A stretch of 63,201 bases of DNA, counting the filler, from Octopus bimaculoides (taxonomy: Eukaryota), in the NCBI RefSeq assembly GCF_001194135.2. It is 9 parts of 8 records of this genome, joined end to end, with 100 filler letters (N's around TTAATTAATTAA, not from the genome) between each part and the next. Parts side by side here need not be neighbours in the genome. Positions count along the whole stretch, not along the records: positions 1 to 2,971 come from NC_069007.1; positions 3,072 to 15,312 come from NC_068987.1; 7 more parts are not named here. One strand, given 5' to 3'. A program made the translations under genes and the position numbers. The notes beneath the pieces are model-generated. The model had not been told where the DNA came from. It worked only from the letters and a program-made list of their open reading frames with translations, and ran no database searches. Shown piece by piece: positions 1-11,585 of the stretch. How positions within the stretch are numbered: the stretch's first letter is position 1; each line of letters starts with the position of its first letter.

Positions 1-4
1 ATAT

Positions 5-57
<53 letters not shown>

Positions 58-78
58 CAGATAGATAGATAGATAGAT
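5..78. repeat. (GATA)n microsatellite; one of dozens of (TA)n, (CA)n, (GA)n, (GATA)n, (TATG)n, (TAA)n, (CTT)n arrays in the window
   Basis: Direct reading of the sequence. Confidence 0.95.
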
Positions 79-699
79 ATAAACATCTCACCACAAGGAG
101 TAGAAATCAGATGTTCAGATAAGCAACCTTGTTTTCCAACCTAGCACACATCTAAAACCTCTTTTTTAGCACAAATTATAATTACGTTTTTATTTCATTT
201 CATTATCTATCTATGTAAACACAGTTCTGTCTTCCATGCTGAATGTTTAAAGAAAAAACCTAAGATCCCTTTGCTCAATCCCACTCTTCCTCTTCTCCCT
301 TCTCCCTCTCTTTCACACTCATTTATCATTGTTATTTATTCATCCATTTATCTAATTTTGTCACAGTTTGGCTGACCAAAAACTGTTGACTACCCAATTC
401 TATATCATTATTATCATTAATATTTTTTCACACCAGCAGCCTGAGTTCTTGTTGTTTCGTTGTGCACCCACCCTTCCCACCCCCACCACCTGTACTAGAA
501 GTCTTTATCCTCTGACCTCTACCAGATGTCTCTCCCATGAACACCTTCAAAGGCTTAATGTTCCCCCAGCCCTACTTAGGGTTTATCTCCTATATAATGT
601 AGTGATTATGTTGCACATAAAATGATGGTGTAGTGTATGCAGGTTGAAGGCTATTGTATGTTTATGAGTTCTGCCAAATGCGAGCTTTCTTTTCAGGTA

Positions 700-2268
700 C
701 ATGACACTGCTGTCCCCCATCCCAGGGTCTTGCAGGCCCACACCTCCCACACCCTCAGAGTTGGCACGCTTTATGTTGGCACACTGAAAGATAGGTCTGG
801 TGAGATTGTTGAGGTGCTTGAATGGAGACATGTAAATTTGTGCTGCATGCAAGAAGTAAGGTTCCTCACAGGCAAAGAAAATAGGTATAAGATTTTCTGG
901 GCAGGGAACACTGACAGGGTCGGGGCGTGGGTATACTTTTTGTGGAGAAATGGGTTGATAAGGTAATCGAGGTAGTCAGAGTCTGTGATAGAATACTTGA
1001 GATTAGATTAGTGATGCAACATGGATTAGCAACCATTATCTAGGCTTATGCACCTCAGCCAGGGCTACTTGATGGACAGAAAGACTGATTTTATGACACC
1101 CTCTTGCAGACTACCTCGCTGACGAATGACAGGGACCTTCTCTTTGTGGCTGGTGACTTCAATAGGCATGTTGGACAACATGCAGGGGGCTTCCAGAGGT
1201 TATGGTTTTAGTTCCTGCAATGAGGAGGGAACCAAGCTGTTGGAGTTCTGCGATGCAAATGGTCTCATGGTTTGTAATACTAACTTCAGGAAACCTGCCA
1301 GTCACCTATTCACCTACCAATCTGGTGGACACACTAGTCAAATTGACTACATCCTCACCAGGAAACAAGAAAGATGGTTACTTATAAATGCTAAAACCTT
1401 CCTGGGTGAAGAATGCACCCCACAACATAGATTAGAAGTTAGAGACTTCGAGGTCAGGACTAAATGGATGCCCAGAAATTGAGCAGCATGGAGAAAAAGG
1501 GTCTGGAAGTTTAGGGATCCTGCGAATGGACAGAGATTTAGAGACGTATTACTCGAAGCTTTTGATGAAATAGAGAAGGATATAATACCACATGATGTGA
1601 AAGACAAATGGAGGTTCCTACGGGACAACTTGTTGAGAGCTACTGACCAGATCTGTGGATGGTGCAAAGTCCCCTCACGACCCAAGGTAACATGGTGGAG
1701 GAACAATGTAGTTGACAGGGCCATTAGGGAAAAGAAACAGACCTGGAAGGACTGGAAGAACGGTGGTAGCAGGGAACTGTATCAGATTGCCAGAAGGGAA
1801 GCTAGGAGACAGGTCTACTTAGCTAGAGGGGAAGCAGATGAGAAAAATTTGCAAATGTTCTGCATCATGAGGACCAAAGACTTGAAGTGTTACATGTTGC
1901 ACGACAGTGTAAGAGAGAGAATTGTGATGTCATAGGAGAGAAATGTGTCTGCATGAATGATGGCTCACTTGCATTTAATGAGGCTGCAAAGAGAGAGACT
2001 TGATCCTTTGTCTGGTGGTCAATAAGGAAACTAGGGATAGATGAGTGGTTAGTAAGAGCTGTGAAGTGGTTGGCATTAGGAAAGGCATCCAGCCATATAA
2101 ACCATGCCACAACAGACAACTGGAGTATGGACAGCCCTCTCGTTGGTCATCTCCTGTGAAACCATCCAACTCATACCAGCATGGAAAGCAGATGTTAGAT
2201 AATGATGCTGATGACAATGATGATCGTGATGATGATGAATGATGATGATGATGAAGATGATGATGATT
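700..2268 (+). mobile_element. RTE-clade LINE remnant (APE endonuclease, partial RT, 3' UTR, (GAT)n tail), frameshifted and internally deleted
   Basis: ORF pieces LRVGTLYVGTL...CCMQEVR, NTNFRK...TYQSGGHTSQIDYIL...PQHRL, TWWRNNVVDRAIREKK; jumps at ~2065 into the GGAAAGGCATCCAGC 3' UTR ending in (GAT)n. Confidence 0.85.
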
Positions 2269-2607
2269 TTAATTCTTGGTCTGAAGTCTGAAGACTTTCT
2301 AATAGATGACTTACTTATTTTTCTGCATAAATAATTATATAACTATTATTAGTAATGAAACATATGAAGTGGGAAGTAAATATCAAAAATTTTTCTAGTT
2401 TTCTCTTTTGATATACAAATATACATACATATATACATATACATATAGATACATATATATAACTGTATATATGCATACATATATATATAAATATATATAT
2501 ATTCATATACATATAGACCTATATATACGTATACATACATATATAAACATATGTTTATGCATGTATGTATACATACCTATATGTGTATGTATATATATAT
2601 ATATATA

Positions 2608-2750
2608 CCGGAGTAAGCACATGCAATGTGCAACAAGGTGGAAAAAAGAGTACTCAAATACCAGAGGAAGAGTAATATGCTTTATTTAAAAGCAGCAGAA
2701 ATATAACAAAAAAACCGTTACTCTGAGTTTCACGTTCCCGTTCATCGGAC
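2608..2750 (-). mobile_element. 143-bp mini-element in (TA)n carrying a minimal type I hammerhead-ribozyme-like motif
   Basis: Minus strand: GU-CCGAUGA-ACG GGAA CGU-GAAA-CUC A GAG-UA-ACGG (2750-2715), then AATAAA; (TA)n on both sides. Confidence 0.6.
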
Positions 2751-2971
2751 ATATATATACATTCTATTATTCCTTTACTTGTTTCAGTCATTTGACTGAG
2801 TACCACCTTTAGTCAAACAAATTGACCCCAGGACTTAGTCTTTGTAAGCCTGGTACTTAGTCTACCAATTTCTTCTGCTGAACCGCTACGAGGATGTAAA
2901 CACACCAATACCGGTTGTCAAGCAATGGTGGAGGCACAAACACAGACACACAAATCATACATATATATATA

Positions 2972-3071
2972 NNNNNNNNNNNNNNNNNNNNNNNNNNNNN
3001 NNNNNNNNNNNNNNNTTAATTAATTAANNNNNNNNNNNNNNNNNNNNNNNNNNNNNNNNNNNNNNNNNNNN
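2972..3071. other. Artificial assembly spacer 44N-TTAATTAATTAA-44N; also at 15313-15412, 17695-17794, 39000-39099, 44577-44676, 51072-51171, 53363-53462, 60460-60559
   Basis: Identical 100-bp structure eight times; the 12-mer has stop codons in all six frames. Confidence 0.95.
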
Positions 3072-3220
3072 TGGCGTTAGGAAGGGCATCCAGCTGTAGA
3101 AACTCTGCCAAATCAGACTGGAGCCTGGTGTTGCCATCCGGTTTCACCAGTCCTCAGTCAAATCGTCCAACCCATGCTAGCATGGAAAGCGGACGTTAAA
3201 CGATGATGATGATGATGATG
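3072..3220 (+). mobile_element. 5'-truncated RTE LINE 3' end
   Basis: Matches the 3' UTR following the RT ORF at 11430-11585 (GGCGTTAGGAAGGGCATCCAGCTGTAGAA...CCATGCTAGCATGG...(GAT)n). Confidence 0.85.
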
Positions 3221-3223
3221 ATA

Positions 3224-3259
<36 letters not shown>

Positions 3260-3499
3260 TGTATGTATGTGTGTGTGTATTTGTTTCTGTGTCTGTGTTT
3301 GTCCCTCCCCCCACCATTGCTTGGCAACCGAGGGTAGTGTGTTTACACCGCCGTAACTTAGCAGTTCGGCAAAAGAGTTGATAGAATAAGTACTAGGCTT
3401 ACAAAGAATATGTCTTGGGGTCAACTTGCTCGAATAAAGGTGTAGCTGCAGCATGGCCACAGTCAATTGACTGAAACAAGCAAGAGAATAAATATTTTT

Positions 3500-4085
3500 C
3501 TTTTTTCCTGGTGAAGGACGGTTTATGGGGTTACCTTGGGTTTGCCGTCCACATTGAGTATAACTTTATGGCGTATCGTCAGACTCCAAGTTCTGTTTAA
3601 AATATGGAAGGGAAAAGTCTCAGTAGGAAGGAGAATGTAAACAAGGGGATTCTCCCCCTGTGCCAATGGCTATCGATTTCTAGGTGTACCGCCATCATTC
3701 AGCTATGAGGGTAAACGATAGGGAATTATCTCTCCAACCCATTAGCTATCAACTTCCAGCAGTTCCCAATATGCCAGCAGAAATCTCCTAAAGTACAAAC
3801 ATGGCCCAAAAATCTCTGTTCTGGAGTTAAGTATAGTTCCTGGTTTGAGTGAGTCTTTTAGAATTCTCATGTATTTGACTATGTAGAGGCCTGTGTTTGC
3901 AAGGATTTTCCATGAGGTCGAGTGTGGAACTCTGTTGTCTTTTAGCTGCCAAACGTGGCTGGCCAGCAATGTTATGTATCTCCTTTCCTGGACTCTGAAG
4001 GAGGATCTATGGTTAGAAAAGCATTTCTTGAATGAATTTCCAGTACAACCAATGTAAAGTAAAGAAGGATCAATCGTATTTCAGT
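3500..4085 (-). mobile_element. Penelope-like element remnant (GIY-YIG endonuclease C-terminus plus terminal region)
   Basis: Minus strand LYIGCTGNSFKKCFSNHRSSFR...LASHVWQLKDN...WKIL...ILNSRTEIFGPC, typical of PLE GIY-YIG domains. Confidence 0.8.
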
Positions 4086-4159
4086 CTAATTGTCATTTTA
4101 AATGACTGATGCTTTTCTATCTCTGTCTCTATCGCTTCACTCTTTTTCTCTATGGTTAA

Positions 4160-4490
4160 GAGTGCATGGCTCACTGATTAGGGATATTCAGCCCACAATC
4201 GAAAAGTCATGAGTATGATTCCTGGTGGTACGCTGTGTTCTTGAGCAAGGTACTCTACTTCACCTTGTTGCAGTCCACTCAGCTGGCAAAAATGAGTTGT
4301 AGCTGTAATTCAGAGGAGCCAGCCTTGTCACATTCTGTGTAAGGTTGAATCTCCCTGAGAACTATGTTATGATGTGCATGTCTGTAGAGTACTCATCCTC
4401 TTGCTCATTAAATTTACGAGCAGACTGTTCTGTTGATCAGATAAACAGGAACCTCATCGTCGTAACTGATGGAGTGCCATCTTTCAAAAA
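4160..4490 (+). mobile_element. tRNA-derived SINE family C, CpG-decayed copy
   Basis: Homologous to 50273-50622, with CpG to TpG/CpA changes. Confidence 0.7.
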
Positions 4491-5399
4491 GAGTGAAAGA
4501 AAAGGAAATGTTCCATATCGTAAGGCAAAAATATCATGTGTTTAGTATAAGCAGTGAAAGCTAAGACGAAATAGTTGCTATTCTGTTGTGTAGTGATTTT
4601 GCCCTTGACAACAGCCTGTGCATCAGTGTTTATCTGGGGCCTTGGCCTCCAGATCTGAGACCCACAAATGCCACTGTTAGGACTGGATTAACACCCATAG
4701 TGACCCTAACGACTAAAAAGATTTTCCTGCACCTATATAGGATCTTTTGGGGTTTTCTTCCAACCACTTGAAGGTTTATCTTGTTCCAGTCCAATCAGCT
4801 GGCAAAAATGAGTTGTAGCTATAATTGAAAAGGACCAGCTTTTATCATATTCTGTGTGAGGCTGAATCTCCCTGACAACTACATTAATGGTATGCATGTC
4901 TGTGGCGTACTCAGCCACTTGCGAGTTAATTTTATCCTTGTGTAGTAATGAAAAGTGAAAGTGACATTCAATATTTGCTGTAGTTATTTGTCTTTGATTT
5001 AACAATGTGTCTATGTATCTATGTATCAACTTTTCTGTTGATCTGTGTATCTACTTTTCTTTCAATCTATGTATCTACTTTTCTTGCGATGTATGTATCA
5101 GTCTACTCTGAAAATACTGATGATAAATATAAAATAACAATATGATATAATCTAATACCATAACCAAATCAGTAGAACATCAGACTAAATGTATTCCAGT
5201 TTTCACTCTTGCCACTCTTAATTCTGATTTCAAATCTTGTCAAGATTGAACTTGCCTTACATACCTTTTAACCTTCTTGAGTTGTCAAAATAAGAACCAA
5301 TGATAATATACTGATTTCATGCAATCACTTATAATCCCTTACTCCTCTTTTAATAATTTATTTATTGGCTAATATCATCATCTTCATCATCATCATCAT

Positions 5400-6667
5400 G
5401 AAGAACAAAGTAAGCTGACAAGATCATTAGAGCATTGGACAAAATGTTTTGCAGTATCTCTTCTGAAATTTTACATTTTGAGTTCAAATCCACCTAAAGT
5501 CAACTTTGCCTTTTATCCTTTTAGATTTGATAAAATAAAGTACCAATCAAGGACTGGGGTTGATGGTATTGACTTAATTTCCTCTCCTCAAAATTAATGG
5601 TTTGGTGCCTAAATTAGAAACCATTGATATTATTGTCATTGTCATAAGCAACAAGGTGGCGAGCTGGCAGAATTGTTAGTGTGTTGGAATAAAATGCTTT
5701 TTGGTATTCATTCAGGCTCTTTATGTTCCGAGTTCAAATCCCACCAAAGTCAACCTTGCTTTTCATCCCTTCAGGCTTGATAAAATAAACTATTAATCAA
5801 GTATTGGGGTCAAATGGTGTTGATTACTTCCTCCCTCCCACTCAAAATTTCTGACTTTGTACCTAAATTAAAATCATCATCATTATTATTATTTTTTATC
5901 AATGAGAAGCACAATGACTTCAAGTTTCAGGAATAGTGACCACATGGTTTTGAACCAAAGTCTACATTTGTTTGTTGTTCTGATTGAACAGATCTCTGAC
6001 CAAAGGTATTCTTGCCTTAACTATTCTTTTAAGGCTTATTTTGGACACCATTATCTTATATGTTTTATTTTCTTTTTAATAGCAAAGAGTAATTTGAGAT
6101 AATATATCTGCTATTTCCAGCAGGTTGAGCAACCACATAGGCGCTTTATTGACACAGGTTATATACTGCAGTGATTTCAATTTTATTAATCCCGTCTTTT
6201 ACAAATTTGTGGTCTTTAGCCATTGTAAGAAATTATTGGACTGGTAGAAATGACAGTGACAGATGAAAGGGTTTTGCAATATTTTGGGTGGCGTTTCTTT
6301 ATGTTTTGAATTCAAAACCTCTTAACCCTTTCGTTACCAACCTGCTGAAACTGGCTCAAAGTACAAATGTCTTGTTTTCAAAAGTTCTAAATTAAAATCT
6401 TCGACCAAACCTTTGTCACAATTCATGTTCCTAACACTAGCTTAATGATAACTAAGTAATTTTACTAAATTCTTTGTTATATTTAAAGTAATTGAAAGAA
6501 ACACAGAACATCTCAAAATAAATATAGTAATGAAAGGGTTATGGTCAAGATTTTTTTCCATTCTTCCAAATTTGATACATAAATTGCTAGTTAAGTACTG
6601 GGTTTGTTTTCTACTGTACCTCACTGTCCATAAAATTTTGTGGCATCCTGCCTGTATTAGAAACCTC

Positions 6668-6713
<46 letters not shown>

Positions 6714-7385
6714 TGATCAACAGGATCAATAAAGTGGCAGATAAAGGCTTAATATTATTTTGTTGCATCTCTTTTATGTTCTGAATTCAAATCTCTCTGG
6801 AGTAGACTTTATTTTTCACCCTTCTGTTATTGATTAATTAGGTACTGGTCAAGTGCTTGGTTGATTTAATACATTGTACCCCTTTCTCTAAATTTGTCAC
6901 CTTCTGTCTGTGTTAGAGTTCATCATCATCATCATCTTCCATCATCATTTCCCTTATTATTATTACGACTGCAAACTGGTAGATCATTTGTGGGTTGGAC
7001 AAAATGCTTAGTGGCATTTCTGACTCTTTAAGTTCTTTGTTCAATTCATACTTTGGTCAATTTTATCATTCACCCTTTTGAGGTTGTTCAAATTAAGTAC
7101 CAATCAAGTACTGGGCTTACTGTAGTTGACTAACCCCATCCCTTAAAATTGCTGGTTTTGTGCAAAAATTAGAAAGAGGCTAGCTGGCAGAATCATTAGT
7201 GTGTTGAACAAAAGGCTTAGCAGCATTTCTTCCAGCTTTATGTTCTGAGTTCAAATACTACCAAGGTCAACTTTACCTTTCAGCCTCTTAGGATCAATAA
7301 AATAAAGTACCAGTCAAGTATTGTGGTTGATGAAATTGACTAAACCCACTTCTCTTAAAATTACTGGCCTTGTGTCAAAATTTAA
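5400..7385 (+). mobile_element. Head-to-tail cluster of about six tRNA-derived SINE family A copies separated by (ATT)n/(ATC)n
   Basis: Repeated A-box-like TGGCGAGCTGG, B-box GTTCAAATCC and a shared ctttcatcc...gataaaat(t)aagtacc core at ~5400, 5650, 6225, 6720, 6960, 7176. Confidence 0.75.
6326..6538. mobile_element. piggyBac-type MITE
   Basis: TTAA|CCCTTTCGTTAC ... GTAATGAAAGGG|TTAT; related copies near 11590-11737, 13860-14055 and 62700-62730. Confidence 0.75.
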
Positions 7386-7449
7386 AAACAACAGCAACTA
7401 CTACTACTATTACTACTGAAAAGTTTTTATTTTTTTCCCTCTATTGTAG

Positions 7450-7585
7450 TAGCCATGTAACATTCGGCCTGATGAGTAAAAACCAGATGCAACAAGCCTC
7501 TCACATTCACGTTGTTAGCAAAGATTTGTATATCCAAGGAGCCATTCGTAAACCTGTTGTTCATGGTGTCTTGGATCACAGAATG
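7450..7585 (+). CDS. POLR3A: RNA polymerase III largest subunit (RPC1), internal exon (probably exon 2)
   Basis: tag|T AGC CAT...AGA ATG|gtaaat; SHVTFGLMSKNQMQQASHIHVVSKDLYIQGAIRKPVVHGVLDHRM matches the RPC1 N-terminus (VVSKxLY...GVLDHRM). Confidence 0.93.
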
Positions 7586-7834
7586 GTAAATGGAAACTTA
7601 ATTTTTCTTTTCCCACTTAAGCAATTGAATAATGAAATATTTAAATTTGGTCAGCCAAAAAATAAACGTTATAAAATAAACACTGTATCTATACATCATT
7701 TTGTGTAATTCCACTATTATATATTGGTACTTTTACACGTTTCTAAATGTTGATTACTGCAACGGTAGGGGATCTCTATCAACTTGATTTTGTTCTTTTT
7801 AAATTTGAGTGTGTGTTTGTGTATGTATCTTTTA

Positions 7835-8232
7835 TCTTTTACTTGTTTCAGCCACTAGACTGTGGCCATACTGGGGCGCCACCTTGAGGAATTTTAGTTG
7901 AATGAATCAACCCAGTACTTATTTTTAAAGTACTGGTACTTATTCTATCAGTCACTTTTGCTGAACTACTAAGTTATGGGGATGTAAACACACCAACACT
8001 GGTTGTTAAGTGGTGGGTGGGGAGACAAACACACACATGCTTGCGTATATGATGGGCTTCTTTCAGTTTCTGTCTACTAAATCCACTACTGTAGCCTCTA
8101 CTATAGCCTTGGGCTTATTTTGGCCCAAAGCTATAGCAGGAGATACATGTCCAAGGTACCATGCAATAGGATTGAACCCAGAGCCATGTGATTGGAAAGC
8201 AAACTTCTTGCCACACAACCATGTCTGCACCT
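7835..8232 (-). mobile_element. tRNA-derived SINE family B, CpG-decayed copy
   Basis: Homologous to 45399-45794. Confidence 0.8.
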
Positions 8233-9084
8233 AAATAAGACTGTTTTGATATATGTATTTGTGTATGAGCTTGTGTGTGTGTGTATGTATGTATTTGTAT
8301 GTGTATGTGTGTGTGTGTGTGCGCGCACGCGCGTAATCTCCACTTTGATGCGTGTTTCATGAGTTTGCAATAGAATGGATATTCTACACCAGCTCATCAT
8401 ATACAGTACAAAAGCATAACAGCCGAATAGATACAATAATTATGAACTCAAATCAAGTGAAGACATCACACTGTATTTTCTGGCAGGATACTTTTGTACA
8501 TTAAATAAGTTTACCTACTTGTTAGACATAAGTAACAAATTTTCTGGGTGTATTAACAATAAAAAGGCATTTTTCCTTGGATGAAATTCATCTCCCATCT
8601 GCTTCACAACATGAAACCGCAGCCAAGCCCTATCACTGCAAATCTCATCTGGGTATACTTTACATTACCTATTGTGATGCGTATGGATGAGGACAACTGC
8701 ATAAAGAAGTGCTGATCTCCAACTGTGGAGGGAACCTGTTGAAGAGGTAGACCTAGGAAGACATGGGATGAGGTGGTGAAACATGATCTTTGGATGTTGA
8801 TTATCGTGGTGGCAATGGCAAGTGATTGAGGCCTTTGGCAATTTGCTGTGTCTCATAGAACTGGTCCCATATGGCTAAAGACTGGTCTTAGATCTGCTTC
8901 ACTCTGTGGACAACCTTTTAGACTGTGGTTTCTCCATTTTATTAAGTTTCCACCTTTTCTTCAGAATCAATATTGAAATGGTATTGAAGTGATTGAGAAT
9001 TACTTGTGACTATTCTTTGAGTTGTGATTGTTGTAAAGTTGGTGTTTTAAAGAAAAAATAACAAATAATTTATATTAATCTTAG

Positions 9085-9234
9085 GGTACCAGTGAGCGAG
9101 ACAGCAACTGCGAGACATGTGGAAAATGTTTGGCTGATTGCACAGGTCACTTTGGTTACATTGATTTGGAACTCCCTGTCTTTCATATTGGATACTTTAG
9201 ATCCATCATCACTATTTTACAGATGATTTGTAAA
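9085..9234 (+). CDS. POLR3A: RPC1 exon with clamp zinc-binding motif
   Basis: ttag|GGT...AAA|gtaagt, 150 nt; [50 protein letters not shown] (CxxC...CxGHFG). Confidence 0.95.
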
Positions 9235-9510
9235 GTAAGTATATTTTATTTTCCTTTATTAGTCTCCACTGATTGATTGTAAATTTTAAAGGTTTATATT
9301 TTAACAAAAGAATTTTTTTGATATCGAAAAAGCCGAAATGGAAATATATGTTCAAATTATATTTTTATTTTATTTTTTTGAAAGTTCAAATTTATAACTA
9401 CATATTTTAAACATCACATTGCTGGTGGAGAGAGTCTGAAATTGATATTCAAATATGAATTAAAATTTGATNNNNNNNNNNNNNNNNNNNNNNNNNNCAA
9501 GAGAGAAAGT

Positions 9511-9554
<44 letters not shown>

Positions 9555-9809
9555 TATATTGCAGTGAATAAAAATGAGCTTTGTGATTAATATGCGTGCT
9601 TGAATCTTTGATATTAAAAGCATCATCAACACCTCATTTTGATTAAAAAATATATATCAAAAATTGGAATTTATAAAAATTTTCTAGGCATTTTAGGCGT
9701 TAATAATTATTTTCTATCAATGGAAGTTACATACTCCAAACTAATCAATAACCAGCTTTCTTTATTATAGTATAGATACTTGTTTAAGTTGAGCAAACTT
9801 AAAACTTAT

Positions 9810-11585
9810 TTCAGGTAATGAAAGTCATGGAAAGCGTCATAGCCCAACTAATTAGGGAGAGAATCAGTCTAGACAAGATGCAGTTTGGGTTTGTGTCAGG
9901 AAAAGCACCACTGATGCTATATTTCTGGCAAGACAGCTGCAGGAGAAATACCTAGCCAAAGATAGACCTCTGTACCTGGCTTTCGTTGACATAGANNNNN
10001 NNNNNAGCTGCAGGAGAAATACCTAGCCAAAGATAAACCTCTGTACCTGGCTTTCGTTGACATAGAGAAAGCCTTTGACAGGGTCCCCCGATCCCTTATC
10101 TAGTGGTCAGTGCAGAAATTAGGGATAGATGAGGAAAAGTTTCAGGTGTGGAAGCAAGCATTAGAATCGAAGGGCCCTAGAGTCAATCTAACTAAACCAA
10201 AGTCTTAATAAGTAGGAAAGCAGACAGACCACAAATCCCTTCAAGTAGATGGCCCTGCTCGATCTGTAGAAAAGGCATAGGTAGAAACTCCATAAAATGT
10301 ACCTAGTGTAAGCTATGGACACATAAGAGGTGCAGCAATATCAAAGGAAGACTAACTGGGAAGATAGTTTTTGTGTGTGGCAAATGCTCATGGGCAGTAA
10401 ACACTGAAAATGAGCAGAAAACAGCTTCCATCACATTTTAGGGGGAAAAACTACAAATAGTTGATAGCTTCCGTTACCTAGGTGAACAAGTCAGTAGCAA
10501 GGATGGTTGCTCTGAGAGTGTAGCTGCTAGAATAAGAATAGCCTGGGAAAAGTTCAGAGAGCTCCTACCTCTGCTGGTGACAAAGGGCCTCTCGCTCAGA
10601 GTAAAAGGTAGACTGTATGACGCATGTGTGCAAACAGCCATGCTACACGGCAGTGAAATATGGGCCGTGACTGCTGTGGACATGCGTAAGCTTGCAAGGA
10701 ATGAATCCAGTATGCTCCGCTGGATGTGTAATGTCAGTATGCATATTGGACAGAGTGTAAGTGCCCTGAGAGAAAAGTTGGACTTAAAAAGCATCAGATG
10801 TGGTGTGCAAGTGAGGAGACTGTGCTGGTATGGTCATGTGTTGTATATGGAAGAGGACAGCTTTGTGAAAAAGTGTCACACCCTAGCAGTTGAGGGAACG
10901 TATGGAAGAGGTAGACCCAGGAAAACCTGGGATGAGGTGTTGAAGCACGACCTTCGAACATTGGGCCTCACCGAGGCGATGACAAGTGATCGAGACCTTT
11001 GGAGATATGCTGTGCTTGAGAAGACCTGGCAAACCATGTGAGACCATAACCATGGCCTATATCAGTGCAGCATAACCAGCCCATTTAAGAGTACCCTTCA
11101 AACATTGGGCAATAAACTGCACTTGCAAAGACCTGTTGAGGCAAGTGAAGTTCTCGGTGGCCAATAATAGTACTGCTTGATTGGCACCCGTGGCAGTGGC
11201 ATGTAAAAAGTACCATGCGAGCGTGGTTGATGCCAGTGCTGCCTGACTGGCTCCCGTACTGGTGACACGTAAAAAGCACCATTCAAGCATAGTTGTTGCC
11301 AGTGCCACCTGACTGGCTCATGCGCTGGTGACACGTAAAAAGCACTATTCAAGCGTTGCCAATGCCAGTACCGCCTGACTGGCCCTCGTGCCGGTGGCAC
11401 GTAAAAAGCACCCACTACACTCTCAGAGTGGTTGGCGTTAGGAAGGGCATCCAGCTGTAGAAGCATTGCCAGATTGTATTGGAGCTTGGTGTAGCTTCCT
11501 GGCTCACCAGCCCTCAATCAAACTGTTGAACCCATGCCAGCATGGAAAGCGGATGTTAAACAACAATGATGATGATAATGATGAT
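9810..11585 (+). mobile_element. RTE-clade LINE, RT to 3' end, degenerate
   Basis: DKMQFGFV, LYLAFVDIEKAFDRVP, VDSFRYLG, KGRLYDACVQTAMLHGSEIWAV...RGRPRKTWDEV, then a 3' UTR with tandem modules and a (GAT)n tail. Confidence 0.9.

Noticed and set aside
3016-3027. TTAATTAATTAA as a homeodomain site or PacI cluster
   Set aside because: Synthetic linker, always centred in N runs.
9935-10066. 61-bp direct duplication around a 10-N gap
   Set aside because: Contig-overlap artefact (one-base difference, probably allelic). It also shows that 10-N gaps are placeholders.
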